A stretch of DNA of 64,000 nt, from positions 24,050,950-24,114,949 of the forward strand of contig NC_134029.1 of NCBI RefSeq assembly GCF_964204645.1, in the 5' to 3' direction. The notes under the pieces are model-generated. The model made no database searches. It was not told the origin of the DNA and saw nothing but the letters and a program-made list of their open reading frames with translations. Source of the DNA: Tubulanus polymorphus (Eukaryota; Animalia; Nemertea). Shown here piece by piece: positions 51,501-64,000 of this stretch; the stretch's first letter is position 1, and each line of letters starts with the position of its first letter. Both the position numbers and the translations under genes were made by a program.

Positions 51501-53428
51501 AGCGCAAAATTATATGCGTTCTGGCGTCGAAAGAAAGACATTTATTCAGAAAGAAAATCTCCCGTACTATTTCGAGTAAAGTGGGACCTAATGTGTCAAC
51601 GTTTTTGTTGTTCACTTGGAATATTGCTTTTAGCGAAAAACTGAACGAATCGATAGCCGTCCTGCATGCATTAACTAAAGCATTACGACCGGTATGTTCT
51701 AATGACATTTCAGTTTTTCAAGTATCCAGGATTTTTTCATCAATTAAATTGTTATTTATCTTGTATGGTGCATATTTCATTGGTGTACATACGGATGTAT
51801 GTACGAACAGTTTAATCCAGTCAGTTTTTGGAAGTCGATGAACTAAGTTCTCGATGTCTCTACGGACGACGGCATTATCACTGCTCGCGTTAGTGCGCTG
51901 GGTCGAAGTTTCTTCTGGTAATTAATTGCATTTGAAAAGGCACAAGACGACTTTAAAACGGATCAATCATGTTCAATCCTACTACACGACAATGCCGAAA
52001 TAAATACAAACAACCTTAAACAAGCAACCATAACTCGCTATACGAACATGGATCTGCTCCCTCGTACACCTTTTTTGTGTTATTGGCATTAATTACCTCA
52101 CACTTTATGCGGTCTACGTCACGAAGTTAATATCCTGACTCCTGCTAGTTTATATCGGATGTAATATAGTTAGGACACGTATTTCATTATTCAGTTTTTG
52201 CCTTTCATACCCACCTAACAAGAAAGCATAGATAATGAGCATTCTAGCAAAGATTTTTGCCCGAATTCCGTTGGCGCATTTGGTATACTGAATACATTCG
52301 GTATAAACACCCATCACACATAAGTACAGCTATAAAAAATAACGCGTTTCTTCCCACGCAACGTACTGACATTTTTAAGGTATCATAATCGTGATACTCA
52401 AAGACGACGGAGCTGAATCAAAGAGTGACGTGACATTTGGAAATATTGGAGGTAAAGAAGTCGTACCCAGTATTGGCACTCTATCACTGTGCCTGGGAGA
52501 ACATGTTGCTGGTATGATCTCTGTTAACTATATTATTCCATCTAGTTTTGACTGGTATGATATAACGGATTCGATTTTTAATTGCTGGATTGCATGTATC
52601 AATGCTTACTTGCGCAAGCTCTTCTTGTCTCCTGTGGCCATTCACTCCTTATTTATCACTGTACTCTAAACGGAGCGATATCAGACATTGGTAAAGACGC
52701 GAAGTACCCGCATAGCTGCTGAATTTAACCATCTTTCTGTCTCAAATTATCGCTCACATCATTTACGACATAACAGCTACAGTTAATGATATCATGTACG
52801 AAAAATATCAATAGATTAAAACGACACAGCGAAGAGAGTTTCTTTTTGTAAGTGGTGAAATCGCTGGAACTCGGTTATCATCGCGCAAAGCAGTTTCAAT
52901 TTAAAGGAGGCCGTAACGTATTATAGATATCACTGGACTGTCAGCATTTCTCATTCAACATAATTATCAATAAGCACGTTTAGGTATATCATTAAGCATC
53001 AGCTTAAGCCCACAATGTTACATCATAGTATAAACGTAGAGTGCTATGTATCTCTTCAGCTGTGTTTCATTTGCTGCTATCATGTTTCTATGTTTTATAT
53101 GCCCAATAGTATATAATAAGTATTATATCGAGTTTTTGGTGGCTTGTTACCGATGGTGTTGTTTTATATGTAACATGTGTCGATACACCTTTAGATAAGA
53201 TACATAAAGCCGAAAGACCGCGTAGCACCTTCGTAGTTCCGTGAAAAATGTAACGTCGATACGAAGATAATAAGTTTCTACGGCGCGAGTAAGATATCTT
53301 AATCGCTTTCGCTCGCAATCGAAAGTTGTTTGTAATAGATTGTTTAAATAATGATATCGTAGTTCTGTATGTGAAAACAGTTTTGCGTAACCTTTGATGA
53401 AACGCTATATCCGTGTTCAGTATATATC

Positions 53429-53477
53429 TTCCTGAAGATGACTATCGGGATCAAGTCGAAACGTTGAATTGAATAAA
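53429..53477 (+). ncRNA. Minimal type-I hammerhead ribozyme (Penelope/retrozyme-like) followed by AATAAA
   Basis: Stem I TTC, core CTGAAGA(T), stem II GACT...AGTC, GAAA, palindromic stem III (AACGTT), predicted GUU cleavage triplet, GAA closing stem I, then AATAAA at 53472. Confidence 0.75.
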
Positions 53478-53514
53478 CTGTCAACTCAAAGGAAACATTT
53501 CGGACTTTCAGCAT

Positions 53515-53855
53515 TTATTATCTCCTTCCAAAAATTGTATATCTATGGTATGAGGGGTATATACAGCCTTATCCTGGTCACACAGTTATTTGAGAAATGA
53601 CAAAACGTACGTCGAATACTCTATGTACGATCTACTGAATTGCCCATCGATTATAGAATTCCGCAAGGCTCTGTTTTAGGGCCGCTTCTTTTCTTGATAT
53701 ATACTAATGATATGCATGCACTTATCCTTTAAAAAAAACTCGAAGTCTACTATATTTGCAGAGGACGCTACTGCTGAAATCAATTTGTTAAAAACTTGAG
53801 CGAAGATCTAAAGATTCTTTGCGAATAGTTTTACGCAAATAGCCTAACACTAATC
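53515..53855 (+). pseudogene. CR1/L2-like LINE reverse transcriptase fragment
   Basis: Decayed KLYIYGMRG..SYLRN, then IPQGSVLGPLLFLIYTNDM (53658-53714) and IFAED (decayed FADD motif); frameshifted. Confidence 0.85.
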
Positions 53856-55102
53856 TTTCATCATTAGTGAACGGTTCTCAGTTTTGCATGTCGCGCATTT
53901 TAGTATAATTTTCAAATAAACGTCAAACGGGACGCTTGACTTAATTTCATCTAACAATTTGTTTCGGTTTATTTTCTGTTGCAAAAACATGATTACAAAA
54001 TATCTTACTTTTGTGAGTTACATTGGGATTGTTTCACACGCATGTGACATAAAGCCGGTGGAATGGTTGTAGATGGACATCGCGTTTGATAAGAGAAGAG
54101 GTTGTTATCGCAGGTGAACACTCGTACGAAACAGATGAATCAATTTCCCGCCACCGGAGTTCGAGAAAAAATCTTGTCGCAGATGTTGCTTTGGATGTCA
54201 TGGGCGTAATAACAAACCATCCTAATCCCTCGTGGACAGTTTGACAGTGTACCGATACAGGATTAATGAAGCGAACAGCCGAATCGTGTCGTCCGTCGGA
54301 AGTTCGGCCCTGGTAACTGACCAAGCATGGAATGAATCACAAGGGAAGAACAATCCTCACTTTCCAATCTTGTTTACGAATGTTAACGACATGGAGAGGA
54401 AATGGCTGATCATTACCAATAGAATAATCACCACAAATATGTCCTTAATCAACAAGAAAAAGCAATAACGATCTCAGTCAGTGGGGCGCTGGTTGTCCTT
54501 GGCACGTTTAACACACAGGGATATAAGCTACCACCACTAGCGGAAGATGTAGTGTCCCATTTCAAACATAAAACAGAATTGACTCCCAGATGCCTACTTA
54601 TCGTTAGAATAATGCATCGCTTGTTCTCGTGAGATATTGAAATTAAGGTCGCTAGTTTGTTCGGATGACAGCCAAATAGTCACTGTCGTTTGCGCTTAGA
54701 ATAATTCTAGGAATCACCTTCGTAAATAAGCCCATCTCTCTGTTCCCATTTTGCAGGAAAGCTCAATCAGTCCCCAGCTGGGATTTCCTTGAACATGCAC
54801 TGGGAATTCATATCATGAATAGTATACATTAAACCCGAGTTTTTTTCTGTAAATGGTTAGATGCCATACGCGGCAACCAGTCTCATTCAATAAAATAATC
54901 CAAATTTATAGTGAAAACACGAAATCGTTTGTCCGTGCCGAGTGGAATGGAGTTATCAACAGAATTTTGCAGACATATCCCGGGGTGTGTTTATCCACTA
55001 GGAATGTCATAGGCATAAACAAACAACGTCGTAAAACCTAACCACTATAAAATAACTACGATGACAGAATTTCCTCTGGAGCACCGTTAACAACCGAGCG
55101 CT

Positions 55103-55308
55103 AGAGAGAGAGAGAGAGAGGGGGAGAGAGAGGGGGAGAGAGAGAGGGGAGAGAGAGAGAGAGGGAGGGAGGGAGGGAGGGAGGGGAGGGAGGGAGGGAG
55201 GGAGGGAGGGAGGGAGGGAGGGAGGGAGGGAGGGAGGGAGGGAGGGAGGGAGGGAGGGAGGGAGGGAGGGAGGGAGGGAGGGAGGGAGGGAGGGAGAGAG
55301 AGAGAGAG
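55103..55308. repeat. Polypurine (GA)n/(GGGA)n tract
   Basis: ~205 bp of pure purine; it explains the PPSL-repeat ORF artefact. Confidence 0.95.
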
Positions 55309-56008
55309 CCACGCTCAACTCGGGATTTCGTCTTTTAAAAAAACTGTCCAACCACCACCGAGCGCTACTTAAGTTGCTGTAGTGTTACTGTATTACGTTT
55401 GTTGGCGACATTCTGGCGTTATCTCGATGCTTTGTATACATCGATTGGACGCATGAAAGAAAAATTTTGTATTTGAAAGAATTTATCGTACGAATCTATT
55501 CTATTCAGTTGTATTTCTTCTTTTTTCATCATTTCAAAAACTTGCTTACGTGTTAACCTTAATTACAAGTTAATACATTTAGTACCTAATTCCTAACTTG
55601 ACAGCCTTTATGAAATCGAACTAATAACCTATATATGAAATAAACTTGACCTCTTTCCTTTATGATTTGAACACGACGGACACATACAATTCTGAAAGTT
55701 TTGTTAAAAAGCTTTATTCCCATTGATTTAAATGTGTATTTCATTATTTCCTTGTAAACCTTTTTTTATAGAAAACCGTGTGTTTCGCCTTCGACTTCGA
55801 AATATGTTTGAATCTGAATATCATATGGATGACTTTTACACCTCCTGGGGCGAACCCGCGAATAGAATGGTTATCATTGCGATATTATCCTGTACTCAAA
55901 CGTCTAAAGAACTAACGTGTCAAGTATTTTATTTCATTTTAGATTTTCTCGAAATAACAGGAATGCCACCACAAAACAACTGACGTTAGAATGTAGAATC
56001 CATTTACA

Positions 56009-56085
56009 ATGAACAGTGAAGACCAAGTAACATACCTACTACAGATCCTTCTTTACTATTCTGTGACTATCTTAGTCTTTTTCAG
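56009..56085 (+). CDS. Probable first coding exon (signal peptide) of a large gene continuing beyond the window, possibly a glycine receptor alpha-like subunit
   Basis: ATG...MNSEDQVTYLLQILLYYSVTILVFF + AG|gtaaga: a hydrophobic core and a strong phase-2 donor. Confidence 0.55.
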
Positions 56086-59000
56086 GTAAGAACAAATCAT
56101 TTTCTTCGTCGACATCATCAGACTTTTCGAAAATGTTAATAAGTCTGAGCTGTACGTGATTCGCGTTTCGTAAGAAAAAATCTCAAGCTAATTAAACGTT
56201 AAGTCAACATGCGGGTTACGTAATCGAATGTAAGGAATTTAAATTAGATTGGAGCATCAGGATCGGGCTTCGGATAACGCTCACAAATTGTATTAGTTGA
56301 TGGAAAGACAAATGCCTGAAACTATATAATCAATTACGTCTATTGGCATCATCGATTGTGAATAACTAAATTAATTGCGAGGTTAAGGGTTCGTTGATAT
56401 AATTCAATTATCAGATGTCTAAATTGTCCAAGACAACATTCGCAGAATTTTGTAATAGGGTTAGAATCTATAATCTACGACAAATGATGCATTGCGCCTG
56501 ATGTTGAGCTTAGCTCCTCGCGCCCGCGGAGACAGGTCGCTCTGTGTGGTAGCAGCTTTTAATTTTTCGCAATTTATCTATTTGTTGGTAACAATGAATT
56601 AGTATTGACAATCGTAGTAAACAATCGAAGGAGAGTTTGAAGTAATCAGATTAAAGACAGTGTTTGGTGATGATATTCGCCAGCTCCTTAACGAATTCGA
56701 CAGAATTAGATATAATTGAATCGACAATGGAATCATCTGTGTACGCACATCTCTATTAAGTAGAAACTACACGGATATACATGCTGTAGCATCGGCTGCA
56801 AATTGAATTCTCGTCAAACTCTCCAATTTAACAAGTATCCGAGATTCTCGTTGAAGTCAATTCCGAAGTGCTTTACACGAATTGTCTGATGTATGCGGGA
56901 TTGATAACCGTGGTATTCTAACCAGCTGATATACGAATGTCTATCACTGATTTCCGGTGACGTTTATCGGAAGACGGTGTGCTCCGTTTAGAAGCTCGAT
57001 AATCTTTCGATCTGTAATTTCCTCATTTCTCTAATTGTCTCCAAAGATCAGGACCTAGTTCTTGGACGTTCGATATTGTATATACGTATACTAGACATTG
57101 CTATAGAGGGGACACTTATATGTTGCACGGCCGCCGTGGTTCCTGCCCAAAATAACTCAACAACTAGCTACGTAAGGGTGATCTTGCAGTAACTAGTAAG
57201 GAGTAGGATAAAAAGTTGTACCAATGTAAAATGAAACCAGACCCTGGAAACAGCCCATATGTGTTCTTTATAAATACAGCTCTTATAGAATATCAAGCAT
57301 TCTTATATATGTATGATTTTAGCTATATGTGCATAGAGGCTATAGTCTGATCATTCTTCACGGAGATCGATTCATAGATGATATGAATGCAAATTGATCG
57401 GACACAAATGCAAATTGAAATCGGAGCTACGACTTTTAGGTTTGACAGTCGATTCAAACAGTATCAGCACCCATTTCACGGATGGTTTACGATGTATAAG
57501 TATGTAAGAGATATCGATAGAAAATATATCCGCTTCAAGATGATCGTTTAAACTCAACTTCAATTTACCGGATTCGAGTAATCTACCATTAAGAATTCTG
57601 CCATGAAATAGAATGACTATAAAAACCTATAAAGGATTAGACTTTCAGCTGCTGCAGCTTTTGGTAACGGCTAATGTTTAGAATTTTCTAGTTTAAATGG
57701 ACATTTTTCCAAAGAATGGGAGAGTTAGAGCTGGAATGAGTAATGTAAACTTATTTAATCGGTGGCTACAAATTTCGTGATTGCCTTGACTTCTATCTGG
57801 CGCATTAATCATCATGTTTCAATTACCGAGGCCTTAAAGGCTCTCATATCTTGGTATCGTATTAACTGATTTTATAATCACAGTTGCAGTGAAATTGCTC
57901 CAAATGAGGGAATATTACTAATCATTAGGAGACGAACCCGAGGGGTTAGAGATATGTTGAACTATGTCTAGACGCTACATGTTGTCCCTATGCTGTGATT
58001 GAACTAAAGATCAAGGCACTAACGCGCAGTACGGATGTAATTTCACAGTTTCTCTAAATCACCCTTGATCTGAAATGTGAGGATGGTCTAATGGAGATTG
58101 AGTCCGACAGTCAATCATGTCATTCCATACAGCCTTAAAAGTAACGGATTCAGTGTTGAGTCTGCGTGAAAATCGCCGCACAGAATAAAAAGACGTTTCC
58201 GACGACACAAAACGAGATGATCATGAACCTCTGACGAGCAATTCAGAACGAATAAACGTTAGTTACTGAGCAATGATATGATTGTCAATAAAAGTTGCAC
58301 TGGTGAAACTATGCATCAGTAGATTCCGTCAGAAACAACTCGCTTCTGCATAGTGAGACCAGACGAGCGTTTAATACATTTAAGCCAGAAGCGCGATAAA
58401 ACAGAAATCAACATCCTTTTTTCGTTGTAATTGCTGTATTAGATTATGAATTACGACGCGTCAGTGATTCGGTCGGTGTGAAATAAGTTCCTTTTTTAAC
58501 GTAGACTTTATTTCATAGAACATGCACGTATTCTACTGCGGTTCGACAAATCATTCGACGCTATACCGAAAGTCTATTGAAACGGATTGATACAAATACG
58601 TACCAGCGGATTGATCGACGATGAACTGTAAGTTTAAGTCCACCACAGACTTTCTGATTTCCAGCGGATTGCGTCTCATCAGAGCGATAAATTGGCGAGG
58701 TATGCGACGGGATTTAAGTGTAATTGGCGCCGGTGTTCGGGAATAACTGCGTCCTCCGCTTCGTCTAATGATAGGATGATTTGTGATAAAACACATTAGG
58801 AACGAATGTTTGATACCGCCTTGTACAAACAGACAGAAATACGAGACCCGGTATCCGTGTGTCTATCTGCCATCTGAGATTTGAAATACAAAACCTCATT
58901 CACAAAGAATCCGTTACTCAGTCGTAAATATGGATGTATTAAGTATCAAATAGTTACTCTATATGAATAACACCAGATATCTAGGGGTCAATATTCGGGA

Positions 59001-62000
59001 CCATGCTCCAGAGCCACCCCTAGGAATTCCCGATTTAGGATGAAGCTGCGCCGAAGAAGGTTTTCTCCGAATTCCATCAAAAGAAAGCAATAGTGTTTTT
59101 CTTCAAGATTCACCGCGATACGTTTTAAGAAGCTTTGCTCTTCACCAGGCGGTAATTACTACCTGAAGGACCGCAAGCGTATTGCAATAACACACCTGGT
59201 CTCTTCAATAGAAACTCGTGCCTTGGATGCAGCAAATCCTTTTACAGAATAATCAATGTATCTGGGGAATACCGTCTTCAAACATCTTAGAAAATAAAAC
59301 CTATAAAACCACGAATGAAATAAAAGTTTCCTCTCAAAAAAAGTTTATTAGACGATCAGAAGAAATTGAGAAGAACATTTATTTATTGAAAACGAATCAA
59401 TCGAGATTTTTCTGAAAAGCTACAAATATAAAACGTGTCTTTTAACGGAAATCGTTTCATAAAGTTGATGAAGATTGGACACGATCAACTCATTAACTGA
59501 AACTGAAATATCGCTGCTGATTTGCTTGGAGAGATACCTCTCCATTAATTCTACCCTTAACGACGCACTAGTGGCGCCATCTGACTTGGGAATCGGAATT
59601 ACAGATCTAGAACGCAGTATCCTTCGTCCGTTCTCGATCAGCCATTTCAGATGAGCTATATGCGCAATGAATTCGATAGTTGTACCGGTCATCGCGTCCA
59701 TCTCGACGAGTACTGATTGATTCTCTTAAGAGAATAGAATCGCTAGCGTTGAGTACCATACGCATAAATCAACCAGCCAATACACGCTCCATTGAAGCGC
59801 TACTTTACAAAATATATGTCCGAAGTGAATGATCATTGCGTAAATGATTAAATACGAGCGAAAATGATCACTCACAATCAGCGGTGAACACGACAGCAAT
59901 TTGAATAGAATGCTGTAATTTTTTCGAACTCGGCGCTTATGATGCTTGAAGTGTCCTGAGCGACATAAAAGTGATATATTTCAAATCGATATGAAAATCT
60001 ACGCTTATCGTATATGACTGTTTTGATATGTCGCTTACTGTATCGGTTGAAACGTTATTTATGCCATGGCCGCGACGCTCTAGACTCTACACGCGTATAA
60101 GACTCTGACGACGAGTGACCATCGACTCAAGAGACCAATAAAACTGGTCGCAGAATTCGCCGCAATTATCGGGTGCCGACTGCATTTCTTTCCCCAGGTC
60201 AGTCGTTCATAAAATAGGGAATGCTATTGCACCATCTTTTTTCTGCAAAGTATTTTGTCACGTATCCGTTTTTTTTTCTTTTTTCATCAGTCGTATTCGT
60301 TTAGAAGTCAGACCAGCGCACTCGACACTGGGAAATACGGAAACACAAAATCAAACATTGTTTCCCGAGACCATGTTTTCCGTTTCTCGTAAACGACGCT
60401 CACGACGCAGAGAAACGCTCGGAAACACATGTTTCTTTCTACTGTTTCTCTGTTTCCCTGTGTCGTGTGCGTTTGACTTAAAGTCTTATTCAAGGCAGTT
60501 TTTAAGACCCAGATACTTCCCGTTATTCTATTCTATTCTGTTGTTCTGCTGGATTCTATATGGTGGCATCAAATGCAAATCCCTCGTATGTCATCGTGAA
60601 TATTGCGTTGATACCGTCGTCGTTCCATGCGTAACTGGGAGCTTCACAAAAAATACCCAGAACAAATCGTGATGAAAACCTTATTTCCGCTGCATCCCTC
60701 GTCGGTAAAAAGTCACTACGCCATCGCGAGTTTACCGATAACACACGCGGAATGGTCGAAAAAAGATTCCCGGAAATATTATTCCACGTGGATGACAATC
60801 TATTGATCCTCCAGCAGATAATCACGGCTTATTGCCGAAAGCGATGAACCAATGAACACTAGATGTTTTGCTGAAAATCTTTGATGAGAGCCAAAGACAA
60901 CCAAGAACACGCCCATTGTGATAGATCTATTTCTAATCTATATATAACGTAAACAGTGAAAGATATAATCTTAAACTGAATCTAAAATATCTCAAAATGA
61001 CGCGTTAATTGTAGTCTTTGACCCTTATCAAAGCTTTTGTTTAAAACCTGTAGCGAATTTTCTAGTTCGCATTTGTTCATCGCAGAGTTTCTTGGCAATA
61101 TTTAGAGTAGATAAATACTAAACATTGTAGTTAAATGCAGGAGATCGGAGAATCGAAGCTTTTTTCGATCCAAGGAGATATCGGGTTTACGAACTTCCAT
61201 TTTTATTGGTGCAAAGACCAATCCTTAATTACGCATCGCATGTCCAAGTATATTGTATACTTTCATCGCAAAGGTTTGATGCAAATGGAAAGCGAAAAAT
61301 TAGATGTAATTCCCATGATATTTGTTCGTATGTAAATGTGTATATCTGTCGAGGGTATAGTTATTGTATACCAGTAGAGATGTAGATCTGTATGTACAGA
61401 TAAAACAAATAAAAAGTTAGATGAATTTCTCGAGGAGGAGTTGAACGGCAGCTTCTCGCGCGTTACCTGAGTCGAACGCTTTATTTACACGTGTTTTACC
61501 ACGACTGAAGTTATGTCAGTATTTCTGATTAGGTTCCGTGAATGTAGTGAATATATCGCAGTTATGCAGCGCTAATATTTACTGTACGTTCATTATTCAC
61601 GACATCCATCACCGGAAGTTCTTTGATTTTGTATCCGATAGCCGATACGTCGCGGAAAGATCCATCATCAAAACTCAAATCGTCGTTCGCAGAATTTCGC
61701 GATGTATAACTGATGATTTAACGCGATCAAAGATCTGTATCGTAGGTGCGCGTGTTGTAGACCAAAAGTCGGCATCGAGCGCAAAGTAAATTTCTAACCA
61801 GTATTTATTCACTTGCAGCGACGAATTTTCCTGTGCAAACGTGGCCCAACGTCGAGTGTCCATCGCAGATCCAGTTTCATTCTCTTTGTTTGCCTTCCGC
61901 ACGTATAAACAATTTTGCCATCGCATCAAAGCAGCAACTTTCACAAATCCAATAAGGCCTTGCTAAACTACGTTTACGTTCCACCCATTTCAGACGATAA

Positions 62001-62464
62001 TCGAATCCGTTTCTACAGATACGTTATCCATGGCTCACGCACCAGTTCGTACATTTCCGAACTTTGCGGCGAGTTGTCCACGATTTCCACTCGATCGGGC
62101 GAAAACATTGGCGCAATTTTCGACCGAAAATGATTGCGATTCTGCTTTTCCAGGAAAGCGGTCTGATACTATCTCTAAACGCGCCAGTTGACCGATACAG
62201 ACATTTCTCGCCCGTAATGTCGATGAACGAAGTCATTTCTTGAGACCCTTTCAGTGCAGTTTTACTACAAAATTGAAACTTGTGGTTTCTGATTTGAATG
62301 CATGCCCAACAAAGAAATTATTTTCGATGTTTCATAAAACGATACTCCGCATATAGTTACCATCGATGAAACACATTTGTCCGTGTTGTGACGATTTACA
62401 GAGAATCCCTCACTATTTGAGAAAGTAATACTATTAATTAGTAACTACTATAACGAGAAATATG

Positions 62465-62533
62465 AAGTCCGAAAAGTCTCCTTTAAGCTAATTTGATTCA
62501 ATATTTCGACTATATCCAAATAGTCATCTTCGG
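62465..62533 (-). mobile_element. Near-intact copy of the hammerhead-bearing repeat (core U4 to C)
   Basis: Reverse complement CCGAAGA-T-GACTAT-ttggat-ATAGTC-GAAAT-ATT-gaatc...aaaggagacttttcggactt shares its 3' tail with 53490-53508 (aaaggaaacatttcggactt). Confidence 0.75.
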
Positions 62534-64000
62534 TCATCTTTCCCGAATATGACTGTTAGGTTATAGTCATAGAAATTAATCAATAATCTATTGGCCGAAG
62601 GAAACCTTTCGGACTTCATCTTTCTGGTAATATCAGTGTGGCCGGGATTCTCTATATATTTTCGATCAGTGAGCGCGCTTCGCTTTACAGTGAAACTTGC
62701 TGCAAAAACCTGCGTATATACAGATATACATGTATATATGATAGAACGGTACAATAGACATAAAACTGACAGCGTTTATTACAGTTTTGTATCATTGCCA
62801 TTTGGTTAAGAGCAACATCGATTATACTTTCGAGGACGATACGGTTCATCCCGGAATTTATTGCGTAGAATAGGTCTATCTTGTCTGCGCCATTAACTCC
62901 TAATTGATTATACCCTCGAAGTCTTTCTCACCTTCGTCGCTTCTAAACGTTAACACCATTCTCGAATTTTTCAATTATCTGCTACCGATAAATTTATAGG
63001 AATAAATTCTGTGAAAATTTGAAAATTTGGATCTCACGAAAATGGAAATCTACCTGCGTTTGTTTCTTTGTTTTCCATCGTTGCCGAAACAATCAGCCGT
63101 AAACATTTATTTATTGTTTGGATATTTCGCGCTGGAGTCTGCAGAAATGAAAAAAACCATATTCAAGACATTATTGAATAACCAGACTGCTGCACTGATT
63201 AATATTTCAGAAGACTAAAAAACTGGGATTCTGATAGAATGTCATGATTATAATGCAATATACAAAAAACAACACCGATTCAATTGGCGGATGATGCCGT
63301 TTCATTGCCGCATTTTTTCAGCTAGTGTCTGTCGCTCATATCCTGGTTGTATAATGACAATATTGAAAAAAGAAACTGATAAATGAATAAATCCGGAATA
63401 AAACACTGGTTTTCCATGTCGCTTATGCATTAACATACACTCAGAAAGTCGATATCTTCGCGCAGCAGTCAGTCGCGAAAAACGGATCCTTACAGATTCT
63501 TAATCATAAATGTAGATGAACATGTCATCCAAGGTCGAAACATTAGTTCTGATGATTGTGTATTCGTTGATCTTATCTCAATCTCTCGTCGCTGTCCTGG
63601 TTGTGTAGCATTACGTATGCGATACACGTATGCCCGTAATGGGACACATGTTGTAGACAATTTCCCAGAACAAGTATCGGCTCTTATACGTAAACGAGGG
63701 TCATCGATAGAGATATTGTAATGAATTGAGAGACGACTCTGAAAAAGATGAATAAAAGAGAAGCTGTCGATGTGTTTTATCCTTTACACAGGTCGTTGAA
63801 TTGATGATTATTTATGTAAGTAATTCTTGCTTTAATTTCCGGCTAGAGAAGTGCAATATCGCGAACACAGGCGACAATATCTTTACGACTATTTCTTTAT
63901 GAATTATGAAAATCGTATCTCGCTTCATTTTCGTGTTGTATCGGATTCTCCCGAACTCGTGGATTGTGATTACGCGTTTCTCTTCTGCTCAAGTTCTCTG

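Noticed and set aside
53429-53855. Hammerhead and adjacent LINE RT fragment as one functional element
   Set aside because: The RT motif is CR1/L2-like rather than Penelope-like, and the other hammerhead copies lack it. Adjacent independent insertions are more likely.
55007-55351. Proline/serine-rich 114-aa ORF
   Set aside because: It is the antisense translation of the (GGGA)n microsatellite.

Overview
AT-rich, intron-rich animal genomic DNA, most likely a marine invertebrate (lophotrochozoan-like); it is not prokaryotic. I reconstructed four multi-exon genes by hand from GT-AG splice sites: CCDC138 (-, 8.3-13.5 kb), the N-terminal methyltransferase NTMT1 (+, 25.7-27.7 kb), arfaptin (-, 31.8-37.0 kb) and a glycine-receptor-like anion-selective Cys-loop channel (+, 39.5-42.6 kb). 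A probable signal-peptide first exon of a further large gene lies at 56.0 kb. The main points of interest are: (1) a dispersed repeat family carrying a minimal type-I hammerhead ribozyme, with one intact and three degenerate copies; (2) a duplicated, diverged alternative terminal exon in arfaptin, plus five tandem 5' splice sites and a five-unit heat-shock element; (3) a Cys-loop subunit in which most canonical glycine-binding residues are replaced; (4) an ~11 kb repeat-rich interval with well-formed introns but no ORF (candidate spliced lncRNA) that contains an inverted LINE-derived hairpin; (5) a 52-bp minisatellite made of tRNA A/B boxes; (6) tiny palindromic elements with target-site duplications. 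Gene identities come from recalled protein families, not from database searches.
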